Assembly (NCBI RefSeq): GCF_009914755.1
Contig: NC_060936.1
Direction: 5' to 3' (one strand)
DNA length: 64,000 bases
Source: the human T2T-CHM13v2.0 reference genome, Homo sapiens
This document shows positions 45,827 through 61,784 of this stretch, in pieces (positions within the stretch are counted from its first letter, which is position 1; each line of letters begins with the position of its first letter). Below the pieces are notes generated by a model. The model was not told the origin of the DNA. It saw nothing but the letters and a program-made list of their open reading frames with translations, and ran no database searches. Made by a program: the position numbers and the translations under genes.

Positions 45827-46620
45827 GGGCCGGGCACAGTGGCTCACGCCTGTAATCCCAACACTCTGGGGAGTCCGAAGCAGGTGGGTAATCTGAGGTC
45901 AGGAGTTCGAGACCAGCCTGACCAACGTGGTGAAACCCCTAAAATACAAAATTAGCTAGGCATGGTGGTACATGCCTATAATCCCAGCTACTCAGGAGGC
46001 TGAGGCAAGAGAATTGCTTGAACCCAGGAGGCAGAGGTTGCAGTGGCTGAGATTGCGCCACTGTACTCCAGCCTGGGCACCAGAGCCAAACTCTGTCTCA
46101 AAAAAAAAAAAAAAAAAAAAAAGGCTGGGCTTGGTGGCTCAGGCCTGTAATCCCAGAACTTTGGGAGGCAGAGGCAGGAGCTTGAACCTGGGAGGCGGAG
46201 GTTACAGTGAGTCAAGATGGTGTCACGGCACTCCAGCCTAGGTGACCGAGCAAAAACTCCAACTCAAAATAAATAAATAAATAAACAAAAATAAATAAAA
46301 ATCAAATATGGTATATAAGGGTTGATCAAGAAAATAACTTTCCTGAGGGGGGCAGAGGGGTGGATCACCTGAGGTCAGGAGTTTGAGATCAGCGTGACCA
46401 ACGTGGTGAAACCCCGTCTCTACTAAAAATACAAAAATTAGCTGGGCATAGTGGCGGGTGCCTGTAATCCCAAGCTACTTGGAAGGCTGTGAAAGGAGAA
46501 TCGCTCGAACCCAGGAGGTGGAGGTTGCGGTGAGCTGAGATCATGCCATTGCACTCTAGCATGGGTGACAAAAGCAAGACTCCATCTCAAAAAGGAAAAA
46601 AAGAAAGAAAAAAAGAAAAG
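45827..46620 (+). mobile_element. Three tandem Alus (45827-46121, internally deleted 46123-46300, 46352-46620)
   Basis: Alu consensus matches with A-rich tails. Confidence 0.88.
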
Positions 46621-47039
46621 AAATTAACTTTCCCACTAGGAGTAACCAGGAAGCAGATTAGTATTAAATTTGCCAATGCCTCAATTTGGAATATTCAAAC
46701 TGTTAGCATTTTAGAGGGACAAAGCTCATCAAGGGTCTGAGGGTAAAAGAAACACCCATCAGTAGGAAATTATCCTTAATTTCTGGATCAAGTTCAATAT
46801 GAATATTCAGAATTATCTGAGCAAGCCATTGCTTGCCACCAATTCAGCGAACTATAATTTTAAATTAGCATAGGAGGTAGTAGAAATTGAGAGGAAATGA
46901 AACATACTAAATGGGGAACTTGATATATATAGTTCAAGCTCATGAGCCCTACATAGAACCTAATAATACAATATTGGTTTCACAGATTTGGTTTATTATG
47001 AATAATGATTATTTTAAGTACTAATTATTATTACTATTT

Positions 47040-47650
<611 letters not shown>

Positions 47651-47669
47651 CTTATTCTTTGAGGCTCAC

Positions 47670-48065
47670 ATCTCTTGCATTCATGCCTTTGGCCTTCCCA
47701 CACTGAATATGGCTGACTTGTATAACCAGGACACTGCAGAAATTACAAAGTGGGATTTCTGGGGCTAAGTCATAAAAGACATTGTGACTTTCATCCTGTT
47801 TACTCCTGGATCATTCACTCTGGGGGAAGCCAGCTCTTATGTCATGGGGACACTCAAGCAGCCCTATGAGCCGTCTTGGAAGAAAATGTTCCAGCTGAGT
47901 CAAGCCTTCAGGTAACTGCAGCCTCAGCTGTTATCTTAGTTGCACCCTCAGGAGAAACCCAGAGCCAGAACCACCCAGCTAAGCTGCTCCCAAATTCCTG
48001 ACTCACAGGAACTATGAGAAAATAAATGTTTTGGAGTAGTTTGTCACACAAAAATAGGTAATAAA
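47670..48065 (+). mobile_element. MaLR LTR (MLT1F-H-like), partial
   Basis: ccagaaccacccagctaagctgctcccaaattcctgactcacag...aataaatg. Confidence 0.75.
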
Positions 48066-48278
48066 TCTGTTTACCAAAAACATGTGAAAAGACAGTGGTT
48101 TCTGGCACGGGAAAGGGGAATACAGAAGAGAGAAAAAGGGAGAGGAATGGGAATAGAGCTAATCAAATGAATAGAATAAATCAATGTATTCAAAAATATT
48201 TTAGTCTGTCATTATTTCTTGGTTTCTAAGATCATTTAATTATCTTCTTTGTCCTTAGCTATATGCTCTGAACTTTGA

Positions 48279-48656
<378 letters not shown>

Positions 48657-49971
48657 TAATAACCTATTTACAAAAAAAAAGCAAAAGTTCACTGTTGAGA
48701 CGCTATTCACTTCAAAGCTTCTATTACATGCAAGGCACTGTGCTAAATGCAAGAGGAGACTAAAAGATGAAGATAGATGGTTCTTATCTCATCATGGAGT
48801 CTCAATTTGGTAGGGAAAACAGACATGATGAATCCAGTAATGACTCAGAACGTAGTATACTTTCAAGCATTTGTTCAATAAATATGAGAAGTAGGTAATG
48901 CTGAGACTATACCTACAACTGGGAGAATCAGAGTGGAAATGTGTCAGGAAAGCCTTCCTGTAGAGATGATTTTTAAACTGAGCTTAGAGTGTGTGTAGAA
49001 TTTCAACAGATGGAGCTGAAAAGCAGGGCAATTAAGGTAGAGAGAGCACTATGAGCAAAGTCACCATCTCAAGAAGATGTATAAAATTTCCAAATCTTTT
49101 TCAGAAAACCTGCTAGTAAATAATCAACTACAACTGCATACTCAGATTATAACAAGAGATAAGCTGGAAAGGCAAGTTAGAGGCAGGATATGGAGAATTC
49201 TGATTGATATATTAACTGGTCTGGAGCCTGGGATTTGAATCAGAAAGAACAGGCAGTTATCTATTACAAGTTCAATCTTTATTAGGATTTTTTAATGCTA
49301 CTCTGTTTTTGCAGATATTTGAAATGTACTATAATTAAAGGTTTAAAACACTGAATCCATTTTCAAATCCACAACGATTACAATGCAAGGGCATCAGGGA
49401 CAGACTGGGAGCAAGGAGAACCATTAGGGGCCTGAGAGCATGATGATGCACAGTAGCAGAAATGTGAAAGTTTGCCAGTTAGACTTGTGTATATGTATAT
49501 GTGACTGTGCATAGGTACACACACATATATTGTCTATATGTATCTGATGTTTATGATACATACATTATAGATAAAACATATAGTATATGCCTTTTTTGCA
49601 GCAAATACAAAATCTTAGGAAATTTTACATTTCTGATTAGTATTAATTAGTATTAATTAAATTAGTATTAATACTAATATTAGATGGGGTTTCATAAGTA
49701 CCAATTGATGGTGTATGCTACAGATAACATGTATCAGAAGAAAATTAGTCTAAGACAAGCACATTTTGTTAATAATTCACATAAAAATGATCAGCACAAG
49801 AAAACAGGTCAATAGCGTATGTATTCACTACAGCATATACTTTCTAAATAGCAAAAGCAGCTACGTTTAATTCTGAAAGGGTTGAAGACAAATTGTAATC
49901 AAAATATGCTGTTTTAATATATTATACAATGCCATAACAATTTACTTTTGTCGTTTTATTAAGATTGTTTT

Positions 49972-50270
49972 TGCTGGATGTGGTGGCTTACGTCTGTAAT
50001 CCCAGCACTTTGAGAGGCTAAGGCCAAAGGATTACTTGAAGCCAGGAGTTTGATTCCAGCCTGGGCAACACAGCAAGACCACATCTCTACAAAAAATTTT
50101 AGAAATGAGCTGGGCATGGTGGCATGAGCCTGTAGTCCTAGATACTTTGGAAGTTGAGGAAGGATGATCTCTTGAGCCTGGGAAGCAGAAGGTGCAGTGA
50201 GCTGTGACAGCACCATGGCACTCCACCCTGGGCAACAGAGTGAGTGCAACCGTCTCAAAAAAATAAACAA
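49972..50270 (+). mobile_element. AluJ-like
   Basis: Diverged dimer. Confidence 0.85.
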
Positions 50271-50289
50271 TAAAATGAAAAAGAATTGT

Positions 50290-51500
50290 TAATACTGTTT
50301 ATATCTATAGTTACTTCTTTTTCATAATCCTAGTTTTGCCCTTTGTTAAAAAAAGATTGCTAGCTAGCCTTACTTTTAAAGGACAAGTTCTGTTTTACTT
50401 AACTATTTTTTCTGTTTTCTAATCCATTATTTACTATTCCTTATCTTCACCAATTACTTTTTCCAGCTTTCCTTAGGTTTATTTTGTTATTCTTGTATTA
50501 AATTCTTTTGTTGAGTGTTTGTTTTCATTTTCTAGTAATGAAATTCTTAGAAATAATTTTATTTGTATCCTGTATGTTATTCATGTCTTTCATTTTTATT
50601 GTAATTATTTTCTACTACAGTTGCCAGTCTGCAGTATCTTTAGACCTTTGACTTAAGTTTTTTCTTTTTTCAGGGACAATAATTTTACATTTTTAAATTC
50701 AAGTAATTGAGGTTTTTGTTTTGGGATTTGGAAAGGTTTGGTTTCTGGCTCTCCCTTTTGTTATTAACCTAAAATTTCATTGTAGAGTATGTGGTTAATA
50801 ATATTTCTACTTTTTAGTTTTTTTTTCAGCTTTCTTTATAATACAATGTAACCTACTTAACAATGTTTAAAAATATAACCTATTTTAAAAAATGTTCTGA
50901 GGGGAATTTAAAAGTATTTTTTTCTCTTTACAACAACAGAATGATATATTTATTACATCAGCCTTATATATCAGACAGGCAAATTATATGACTCAGATTC
51001 TTTATATCATATTTCTTTATCACTTTGATGCAGCAAGGACTGAAAAATGTTTTTAAAGTCTACCATTGCTGTTAATGTTTAAAGTACTCCCATTACTGTC
51101 TCTCTCTTCTTCCCTGAATTTATATCGTTTTCACTCTAAACACTTTTGTGCTTCATCTTTAAAAGGTAAAGATCTGTGGCCCTCTTTATATTAGAAACTA
51201 TACCCTAGATTATCAGTGTCTCTTTTTCTCACCTGATGTCTACTGCTTTTAATTCAACTTTTTCTAATAATATGAATCCACTGACTTTTTTTTTGCTTAT
51301 ATTTGCCTAGTATCTTGTTTTGACCATCCATTTACTTCCAATCCCCCTAGTAATTTTGTTCTAGTGTGTTTCTAAACACTAAGTGCATAGGTGGGCTTTG
51401 TATTTAATCTAATGTAAATCTTGCTTAATAGCTAAGCTATATCATGGGGCCTTTATACTTTTAACAAGCATGTTTGGTCTTGTTTTCATGTTTTCTCTGA
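50290..51500 (-). mobile_element. Old L1M fragment, antisense
   Basis: T-rich degenerate ORF2-like sequence (e.g. ttaaagtctaccattg). Confidence 0.5.
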
Positions 51501-51716
51501 ATTTTTCCTTGTTTTCCTTCTTTTGCTATACACTTATTTTACACTGAGCACCTACTATGTGCCAAGCATCACACTTAGTGTTAGGAATACAAGGGTAACA
51601 AAAAAATTAGCTACATATATATAATTACAAACTGTGGTGTTCATTTTTCCCCACCCTGCCCAATACCATGAGAGGTTTTAACAGGAGTGGGGGTGAATAA
51701 GAATCAAGAAAGATTT

Positions 51717-52443
51717 GGCCATGCACAGTGGCTCATGCCTGTAATCCCAGCAGTTTGGGAGGCTGAGGTAGGAGGATCATTTGAGGTCAGGAGTGTTCAA
51801 GACCAGCCTGGTCAACATGGTGAAACCCTGTCTCTACTAAAAATACAAAAATTAGCCAGACGTGCTCACTTGAACCCAGGAGGAGGAGGCTGCAGTGACC
51901 CAAGATCGTGCCTCTGCACTCCAGCCTGGGCAACAGAGCAAGACTCCATCTCAAAAAAAAAAAACAAAACATACAATTAGATTTAAATAATACAAAAAGT
52001 GTTATAGAAACTGAAAGAAATTTAGTAAGGCTGGAGAATATTGAATATGGAGAAAAATTACATGAGATAAAACTTGAGAGATAGGCAGACCAGGCCAAGA
52101 AGGGCTTTATGAGCCATGTTAAAGAACCTAGATTTTGGCTGAGCATCGTGGCACATGCCTGTAATCCCAACAGTTTGGGAAGCTGAGGCAGGAGGATCTC
52201 CTGAGCCCAGGAGATCAAGACCAGCCTGGGCAACACAGCAAGACCTCATCTCCACACACACACACAAAAATTAGTTGGGCATGGTGGCACACACCTGTGA
52301 ACCCACCTACTCAGGAGGCTGAGTTGATAGGATCACTTGAGCCTGGGAGGTCAAGGCTGCAGTGAGCTGTGATCGTGCCACTGCACTCTAGCCTGGGCAA
52401 CACAGTGAGACCCTGTCTCAAACAAAACAAAACAAAACAACAC
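51717..52443 (+). mobile_element. Two Alus (51717-51965 internally deleted; 52137-52443 AluJ) in an L2 background
   Basis: Alu consensus matches. Confidence 0.85.
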
Positions 52444-52921
52444 AACCTGGATTTTATTCTAGGTACAATAAGTATCTTGAAATACTTTTAAGGATGTTAA
52501 GTGACTTCCATTATATTTTAATTTTTAAAACACATATGGAATTGGAGAGACTAAGTAGCACACTATTAGAGTAGCCCAGAAAAGAGATGGTGGCTTAGGG
52601 TAGCTGACAAATGGTAGAGATAGAAGTGAATGGATTTAAAGATTTTGGTCAAGGTAGTACTATCAGTTTTCCTCTTCCCCTACCCAATTTTGGAGTTACA
52701 TAGTTTACATCTAGTTCTTTGCAAAGTTACTTTTAAGCATATAGTCACACGTCGCATAACAACATTTTGGTCAACAACAAACCACATATGTGACACTGGT
52801 TCCCTAAGATAATGAAGCTGACAAATACTTATCACCTAGTGAAGTAGCTGTCATAACATCACATAGTACTCATGTGTTTGCAGTGATGCTGATATAAACA
52901 AACCTATTGTGCTGCCTGTCA

Positions 52922-53245
<324 letters not shown>

Positions 53246-53414
53246 TAGCACATGCAATTACGTATAGTCCATAAAACTTGACAATGATAATAAATGACTG
53301 TTACTAGTTTATGTATTTACTATATTTTTTATTGCTATTTCAGAGTGTATTCCTTGTATTTATAACTTTAAGCAACCTCAGGCAGGCCCTCAGGAGGTAT
53401 TCCTGAAGGCATTG

Positions 53415-53718
53415 TTGTTTTTGGTTTTTGTTGAGACAGGATCTCACTCTGTCACTCAGGCTAGAATCCAATGGTGTGATCATTGTTCACTGCAGCTGCC
53501 TTGACCTCCTGGGCTCAAGTGATCCTCCCACCTCAGCCTCCTGAGTAGCTAGGACTACAGATGCATGAACACCCAGCTAATTTTTTTGTATTTTTGTGGA
53601 GACAGGGTTTTGCCCTGTTGCCCAGGCTGGTTTCCAACTCCTGGGCTCAAGTGATCTGCCTGCATCGGCCTCCCAAAATGCTATGATTACAGGCATGAGC
53701 CACCATGTCTGACCAGCC
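53415..53718 (-). mobile_element. AluJ-like inserted in Tigger3b
   Basis: TSD-like cattgtt on both sides. Confidence 0.88.
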
Positions 53719-54271
53719 ATTGTTATCACAGCAGATGACGGCTCCATGCATGTTATTACTCCTGAAGACCTTCCAGTGGGACAAGGCAGAGGAAGAAGAC
53801 AGTGATATTTATGGACCTGACTCTGTATGCCTAGGCTAATGTATGTGTCTGTGTCTTCATTTTTAACAAACAGTTTAAAAAGTAATAAAGTAAAAAAATT
53901 TTTGAATGGAGAAAGCACACAGAATAAGGATATAAAGAAAGAAAATACCTGTATTTTTGTACTGTTGTATAATGAGTTTGCATTTTAAGCTAAGTGTCAC
54001 TACAAAAGAGTGAAAACATTAAAAAAATTAATACTAAGCTCATAAAGTAAAAACATTACATTAAGCTAAGGTTAACTTATTGCTGAAGAAATAAAATTTT
54101 TAAAATAAATTTAGTGTAGCCTAAGTGTACAGTGTTTATAAAATCTACAGTGGCATACAGTAATTTCCTAGGCCTTCCTTCACATTCATTCACTACTCAC
54201 TCACTCACCCAGAGCAACCTCCAGCCTTGCAAGCTCTATGATACAAGTTGTGAAGTAAAATAAATCTAAGC

Positions 54272-54540
54272 CGGCCAGGCAGGATGGCTCACGCCTGTAA
54301 TCCTAACAGTTCGGGAGGCTGAGACAGGCAGATCACCTGAGGTCAGGAGTTCGAGACCAGTCTGGCCAACACGGTGAAAACCCGTCTCTACTAAAAAAAC
54401 AAAAATCAGCCAGGTGTGGTGGCAAGCGCCTGTAATCCCAGCTACTTAGGAGGTGGAGGCAGGAGAATCACCTGAAACCAGGAAGCAGAGGTTTCAGTGA
54501 GCTGAGATTGTGCCACTGCACAATAAATAAATAAATAAAT
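54272..54540 (+). mobile_element. AluS
   Basis: TSD aaataaatctaagcc. Confidence 0.88.
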
Positions 54541-55786
54541 CTAAGCCATTCTTATATATCTAATTATGTCCTATAATATTCTAAATCAGTAACATAAAAA
54601 TTTTTTGGTGTTGTACAGTTACTCACTCACTTAATAAACATTTACTAAATACTACCTATGGTCCAGGCCCTACATTACAGGTATATGGAAATATCCCCTC
54701 ATGAAATATACATTCTGGTAAAAACATGCAAACATACATAAGTTCAATTTTGCATAAGTTTGAGATGTCTAGAAGACACACAAATGAAGCTGTGTAACTC
54801 TCTAATAGTTCACATGTAAATAAATGAGATGATCACGCCTAGCTTACTGACAACACTTTATAGACATACATCAAACATGTATACATGGTACATCAAGATC
54901 TTCTAAACTCCAATATTAGTTAAAATATTATACCAACAGGTAGTTTTAATATGATAGATACGGTTTCAGCCCTTACAGTTCAGCGTGAGAAACAAGAAAC
55001 ATACACAAGCAATTAAAGTACATCCACTAAGTACTATTATGGGAGAAGTCCAAAATGGATAAAGAAATCTAGAGAGAGAGAAAAACTCCTGGCTAGATGT
55101 CCAAGTTCTCTGTAAATGAGGAACAATATCCAAGAAAGTAATAAAGGTTTGACTCATGAATCGATCTAATCAATGGATATATTATTTTAGCTGGCAATAT
55201 ACTATCACGTAAAGCACAGGTTACGGACAAATTTTAATATCTTAAGAATGAAATTGTGGCATTAAACATAACTTCAATTTAAAGTAACATACAGGAAACA
55301 AATGCCAAATACTAAAACAAGATTTCTAAAAAGTATTACCAGAATTTAAAGAAGGAAAAGGTAAGTAGATACTGAAACAGGCCAGGGAAAAAAGTATCTT
55401 GTAAGGGACAGTCCCCTAGTACAAGCTTAGAGGATGAACAAGAGTTGAAAGGATGAAAACAATATTCCGTAAAATAGAAACCACATAGGCTCAGAATTAA
55501 TGATTATTAAAAGAGCTTAGAGAAATGAGTCATCCACTCAATAAATATTTACAATGTACCTATTTTATGATGGGCATTAGAAATCAAAGGTGAAGACACA
55601 GTTTTGCCCTCAAAAAGGCTACAGAACACTGTAGAGAATAGACCATCGAACCAGTCATGGTGTGTTGAGACTGGGTTAAATTCAGGCAGCTATGGAAATA
55701 CAGAGGATGGGTACCTAAGCAGATCCTACGGGAGCACAGAAGGCTTTCTGATTAAATTAAGAATTGAAATGAATAGAAATTAACTA

Positions 55787-56163
<377 letters not shown>

Positions 56164-58213
56164 GAGCGGGAGGACAGGCAAAACAGCATCCAGAGATTAG
56201 AGTGTGTGTAAAGGCCAGAAAGAACAGAGCACATCACCTATAAGTGGGTGGCAAATATGGCTGGGACATGACTTTATACAGGTTAATGGAAAGAGGTAAG
56301 GCTGAAGAAATAAACAGGAACCAGTACATGAAACGATTTGCAAGCCATGTTAAGAAGTGTGGACCATGTTAAAGAAGATGTCCCTTTGGCTATACCAGAA
56401 GTTTCATAATAAAGAAAATAAATAAAGTTTATAGTAGTGAGGGACCAGATTATCTAGAACAAGAGTTGCAAGTTGAATTATCTACAGAGACTAAATAAGT
56501 AATAAAAAGGAATAAAGAGGACCAGGGGTAAGAAAAACCCAAGAGGCAACAAGGACTGTGGAAAGCAAAAGCCCCAACTAAATGGTGCAAACTGTTGCAA
56601 TGAACAAAGTGTTGCTACATCTTTCTTTTTAAAAAAGAAGTTGGAAATACAAAATTCCAAGTGAAAGCTCTTGATTTTTTAATGATAGCCATTAAATTTC
56701 TTTGAAACATGGTGCAGGCTAACATTGAAGGGTCTAAACAAAACAAGACTATGAGCAAACCGATACCACCAGTCATTTGATCCTGCTGAAGCTCAAAGAC
56801 AAAGCTGATGAGTCTGACTGGGACCTCAAGGCAGTGAAGATTTAAACAGGAATGGAGAGTTACTAAAGATTTAAGGAGGGTATCAAGTAACCACCACCTG
56901 AGAAGGCAGTGTCTGTTTTGTTCACTTCTCAGAAAGTACTTCACATTTCATTGTCCTCAGTAAATGTTTAGTGATGAGCTTAAAAGGGGAATTTTTTCGA
57001 AAATTAGTGTCATGACAACAGATAGAACAAACTAGAGCGCAGAAAATACAAGTAAGAAAATTATTACAGTGCTCCTTTGCTCTAACCCCAGCCTGCTGTT
57101 TAGCAAGTTGTTAGCTTGTTAGCAGTCACTGCTGCCACGTGCTGCCCAGTGTTCTTTCTAGACTGGTGTTCTTCCTTTGGCTATGAACCCTCCTCTAACT
57201 CAAAAATTTGTCCAACACCCCAGTGACCACAATTAGCAGCTATCAGCTTTCACCTAGCTAGGGGCAATGAAGTTAAATAGAATGTGTGATCACAGTGGAT
57301 GGGAGAATAAGAAGAATATTCTTTGCTTCACTTCAACTCCAAGCCAGGAACTTTATTGCTAATTCCATATCCTGCCACTGCTAATTCCACACTATATTCT
57401 CAGGGGTAAGTAACAGCTAAACGCTGCACTAACTACGTAGGGAAATGCCCAATAATAATATGTATGCCCAGATAACAGGGTTGGGAAGAACTAAAATTGC
57501 ATGTGAGATTCCGCTGGAATAGAGGTGGTGTAACAAAGAGGTAGGCTGAGAAAAACTAGACACTCAGAATGGGTGTAGAAATTAAACAATAATCAACATA
57601 AGAAAACATGTAACCCGAAAAACCTCACAATCTTAACATTTATATAATCAGACTCCAAATAATCTTACCTTACAAGAGTAAAGTCTGAGAGGATTTGAAA
57701 TAAATTATAGAAAATTTGGCTGCTATTGGGATACATGGATAACTAGTATTAGAAGTTATAAACTCAATTACTGAAAATAATCTTCTAAACTGTCCCTCAT
57801 CTAGGACAGATGAAAGCAACAGACTATCAAAATATTAAGTCACATATGTTATACCTTGGTATACCAAACTAGATATGGTTCTACTTTGCAATATGTTCAC
57901 TCTCAAATAGTATCTACTAGGAAAAAAAGTTAAAAAAAAATCAGTTAATTTGAAAACCTCTAAGCAATTAGTATCTAGGGAAAGCATATCCAATCCCCAT
58001 AGAGTGAAATGTTGGGCCTCACCTTATAAAAAAAAAAGTCATCATGTAAGGAATCTTTCTGGTTCAGAGTAATGACTTTAAAGCAAAAAAGGAGAAGTTA
58101 GTGGCCTTTCCTTAGGGAGATGATGATAATTATAATCCTACCTACTCTAGCCCTCATAGAGGATCTGCTTTTTATCAGAGCTGATATTCTGATTAAAAAC
58201 TTATCAGAATGAA

Positions 58214-58536
<323 letters not shown>

Positions 58537-58767
58537 TTATCTAAAGAAATTAAGTAGATCTAGGTATCAGGGAACACTTATGGAAAGCCCTAAATGCTCT
58601 GTAAAATTCCGAAATGGAGAGCGGGGTTTCAGACTACAATTGATTAATAGTTAAGATAAGAGCCCACGAACAAGTGAAGCAATAAAAGAAGAAAAGACAT
58701 CTGAGGTGCCTTTATTGAAGAGTAACAGCAGAATTACATAACACCAAAGTTTTCTCAAATGCTCTAA

Positions 58768-58890
58768 GTCTGTGCTGTTCAATACAGCAACTACATGTGG
58801 GTACTGAGCACTTAAATGTGGCTAGTTCAAGTTAAGATGTGCTGTAAATGTAAAATATACCCTGATTTTGAATACTTCATATGAAAAAAA
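58768..58890. mobile_element. MER3-like hAT MITE
   Basis: tgtgctgttcaatac...actacatgtgg...gagcacttaaatgtggctagt. Confidence 0.65.
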
Positions 58891-59047
58891 GACTTTACAG
58901 TGCAATTCTAAACTAGCTGTGTTTAATTTCATGTGACTATTTTAACATTTTTGTTGAATTTAATATTGTTTGTTCCTTTAGTATTAATTTCCTCTTGGGT
59001 ACATCTTCAACAAGATGATTTTAAGGTGAAAAACAGTGACAGCTTAC

Positions 59048-59147
59048 CAGACTGTCCAAAAAAGAGAATGACCCAAATTTCTAGGCAGAGGCTTGAGCCA
59101 GCAGGATTGTTCCACCAAATGGTAACCAGGCTCTCTTCCTGTTATCT
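59048..59147 (-). other. YAF2: Candidate YAF2 cassette exon with premature stop codon
   Basis: Acceptor tgtttctttcttactctgtaacccttttgccag| and donor CTG|GTAAGC; 100 nt; TAG at 59083-59081 in the YAF2 frame. Confidence 0.5.
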
Positions 59148-60704
59148 CTGGCAAAAGGGTTACAGAGTAAGAAAGAAACACTATGTACACATGGAACAGA
59201 ATTTGACCAATAGTTTAAATCCATCAAACATAATAATATACTTTGTTTCAGGATTTACTCAATTACAAGTGTTAAAACTTTAAAAAGTGACATAAACATT
59301 GTTCACTATGATTTATTCAACTTTATCCTTTCTCAGTAATCTTTAGATATTTAAATTCACTCTGTTGGGAGGATCACACATACATGGGACTCCAATTTAC
59401 CACCAAAAAATCCACACACCTTTCTCACTAGGATGAAATGAAATAGTACCATTACTTTTTATGCAGTACCATAACAGATTTCAAAAGGCACTGGAATTCT
59501 CACATTATAAACACTAATACCATCCAGAAACAGTCTATGGTCCTAACAGGAAACTTGAAGAAAATGTGGTTTTAGGGAATTAAGAATTTCAAAATACAGA
59601 ACATAACAGTTTCACAAGCTAGCACTAACCAAAGACACAGAATACGGTAATACTGACTGAGAAAACCAACTGTACTATTCTAATATTAAAAGACTATTAG
59701 CTTAAAAAAAAAAGTATTAGACTCAGCACAGTTAAAAATAAAATAGATTTTTGGGACCCAACATTTCCTACAGATTAAAACATTACTCAAGTCAGAGTTC
59801 TTTGGCACATAACAATTCAAGGTTATACAGTGTTCTCAGTCAAATTACCTTAGTGCCTGACAACCAATGGAATCAATGGAAGACATCTCAAATAGTTTAA
59901 GGAGAACTTTTGGGTTAAGATGCTTTAATTTGAGAGTGACATCTGAAAGTGCATCAGTTATGCATTCAAACATCTCTAGGAGTTTACTAAGCAAAAGGCA
60001 TTACACTAAATTTTGGAGACAAAATAGTGAAGAAGCTATAACATCTGACCATTACAGAGTTTACACTCTGGTAGTTTCGTAAAATAATAGAAGTGGGATC
60101 TTCATCAGTATTTCACTGCCTGCTTCCCGTGCTCCAAATCAAGACATTTCCTCCTTCTCCTATTTGTATTTGGAGGGAAAGTGACAAGGATAGAGAAACA
60201 AGGAAGAAAACAGATTTGCATGTATCAACTGAATCAAAATTATTTTCCTTGTCTCTTTATCTGTAAAGCTGAACTCCTTAAAGAGAGAGGCTGAAAACTA
60301 TTCACCTTCTTATCCCTAGCACCTAGTGCTTATCTGCTGCTCCACTACATCAGAACCAAGCCAATCTCTTTTTCTACTATACACCAGTATCAAGAATAAA
60401 TGAAGATTAAAACAACAAAGGTCAATCTTTCCAGTGCTTCTTTTTGCAAAAATAAGCACATACCTATATTCCATATAAGTATTTTAAAAGCTATACAGCA
60501 ATATACATCTCCTTTAAGGAAAAGCATACAGTTCCATAAAGCTAGTTTCCTTTCACCATCATCAGTGTATCTCCCTCACCTTGCAATGACATCCAGAGGC
60601 AACCACTATCATAAGTGTGGGTAAATTAGATCACATTGTACACATCATTCTGAAATGAACTTTTCCTTATATTTATGAGGTATCTCAATATTCATACACA
60701 TCAA

Positions 60705-60970
60705 AAGGTAGCATGGTATAGTGGACTCTGAAGCCAGACAACTTAGGTTCAAATCCTAACTTCAAATCTTGGCTCTGCTATTTACTAGCTATGAGAGTGA
60801 GTAGGTTATTTACCCCTCTATATTTCAGTATTCCCATACGCAAAATGAAGATAATGATAGTACCTCTTTCTGACTTTTCATGAGGATTACAACAGTTAAG
60901 ATTCATAAAGGGCTTAAAACAATACAGAACCTAGACACAGAAAGTACAAGGAGTTTCTTAAGTTGAAATA
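60705..60970 (+). mobile_element. MIR
   Basis: ggactctgaagccagac...ggttcaaatcct...ctctgctatttactagct...aaaatgaagataatgatagtacct. Confidence 0.75.
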
Positions 60971-61491
60971 AATACTAATTAATGATAATAGCCTAAATAT
61001 AGATGTAGGTAATTCTCCATTGTATAACTATTCTATATCTTATTTATCCATGCCTTCCTACTGACAGGCATTTAGATTATTTTTTCCAAATGAATATCCA
61101 TGTACATTCCTCCTTGGGCAACTGTTCAAGTTTCTCTAGACTAATACCTTGAATAGTAATCAACTGCTAGATAACAGAGTATGCACATTTTCAACTGTAT
61201 GAGTAACATCCCATCCTAAGCTTTGCAATCTAATGGGTGAAAATTGATAGCTCGTACGTTTTCAACTGCACTTCCCTACAAATGAGACTAAGCATCTTTT
61301 CAGTTCATTAGCCATTCCAATTCCATTTCCTCTGCTGCTAATTGCCTTTATATCCATTGTTCATTTTATGTGTATCATCTTATTCTTTTGATCTTTATAT
61401 AGTCTGGACACAAATCCACCGAATATTAAAGACATTGTGTGTGTCTCCTCCTAGGTATGTCGCATATCTTTTAGTTTGGTTTATAATGTCT

Positions 61492-61784
61492 TTTTTGTTG
61501 CTGTTGCTGTTGTTGTTGTTGAGCCCAGGCTGGAGGGCAGTGGCACAATCTTGGCTCACTGCAACCTCCACCTCCTGGATTCAAGCAATTCTAGTACCTC
61601 AGGTTTCTGAGTAGCTGGGACTACAAGCATGTGCCACCACGCCTGGCTAATTTTTGTATTTTTTGTAGAGACAGGGTTTCACCATGTTGATCAGGCTGGT
61701 CTTGCACTCCTGACCTCAAGTGAACCATCTGCCTTGGTCTCCCCAGATTGATGGCATTACAGGTATGAGTTACCACACCCAGCC
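61492..61784 (-). mobile_element. Alu with (GTT/GCT)n tail
   Basis: Dimer. Confidence 0.85.

Noticed and set aside
58933-59283. 116-aa plus-strand ORF
   Set aside because: Non-ATG start, no recognisable domain, and antisense to the candidate YAF2 cassette exon.
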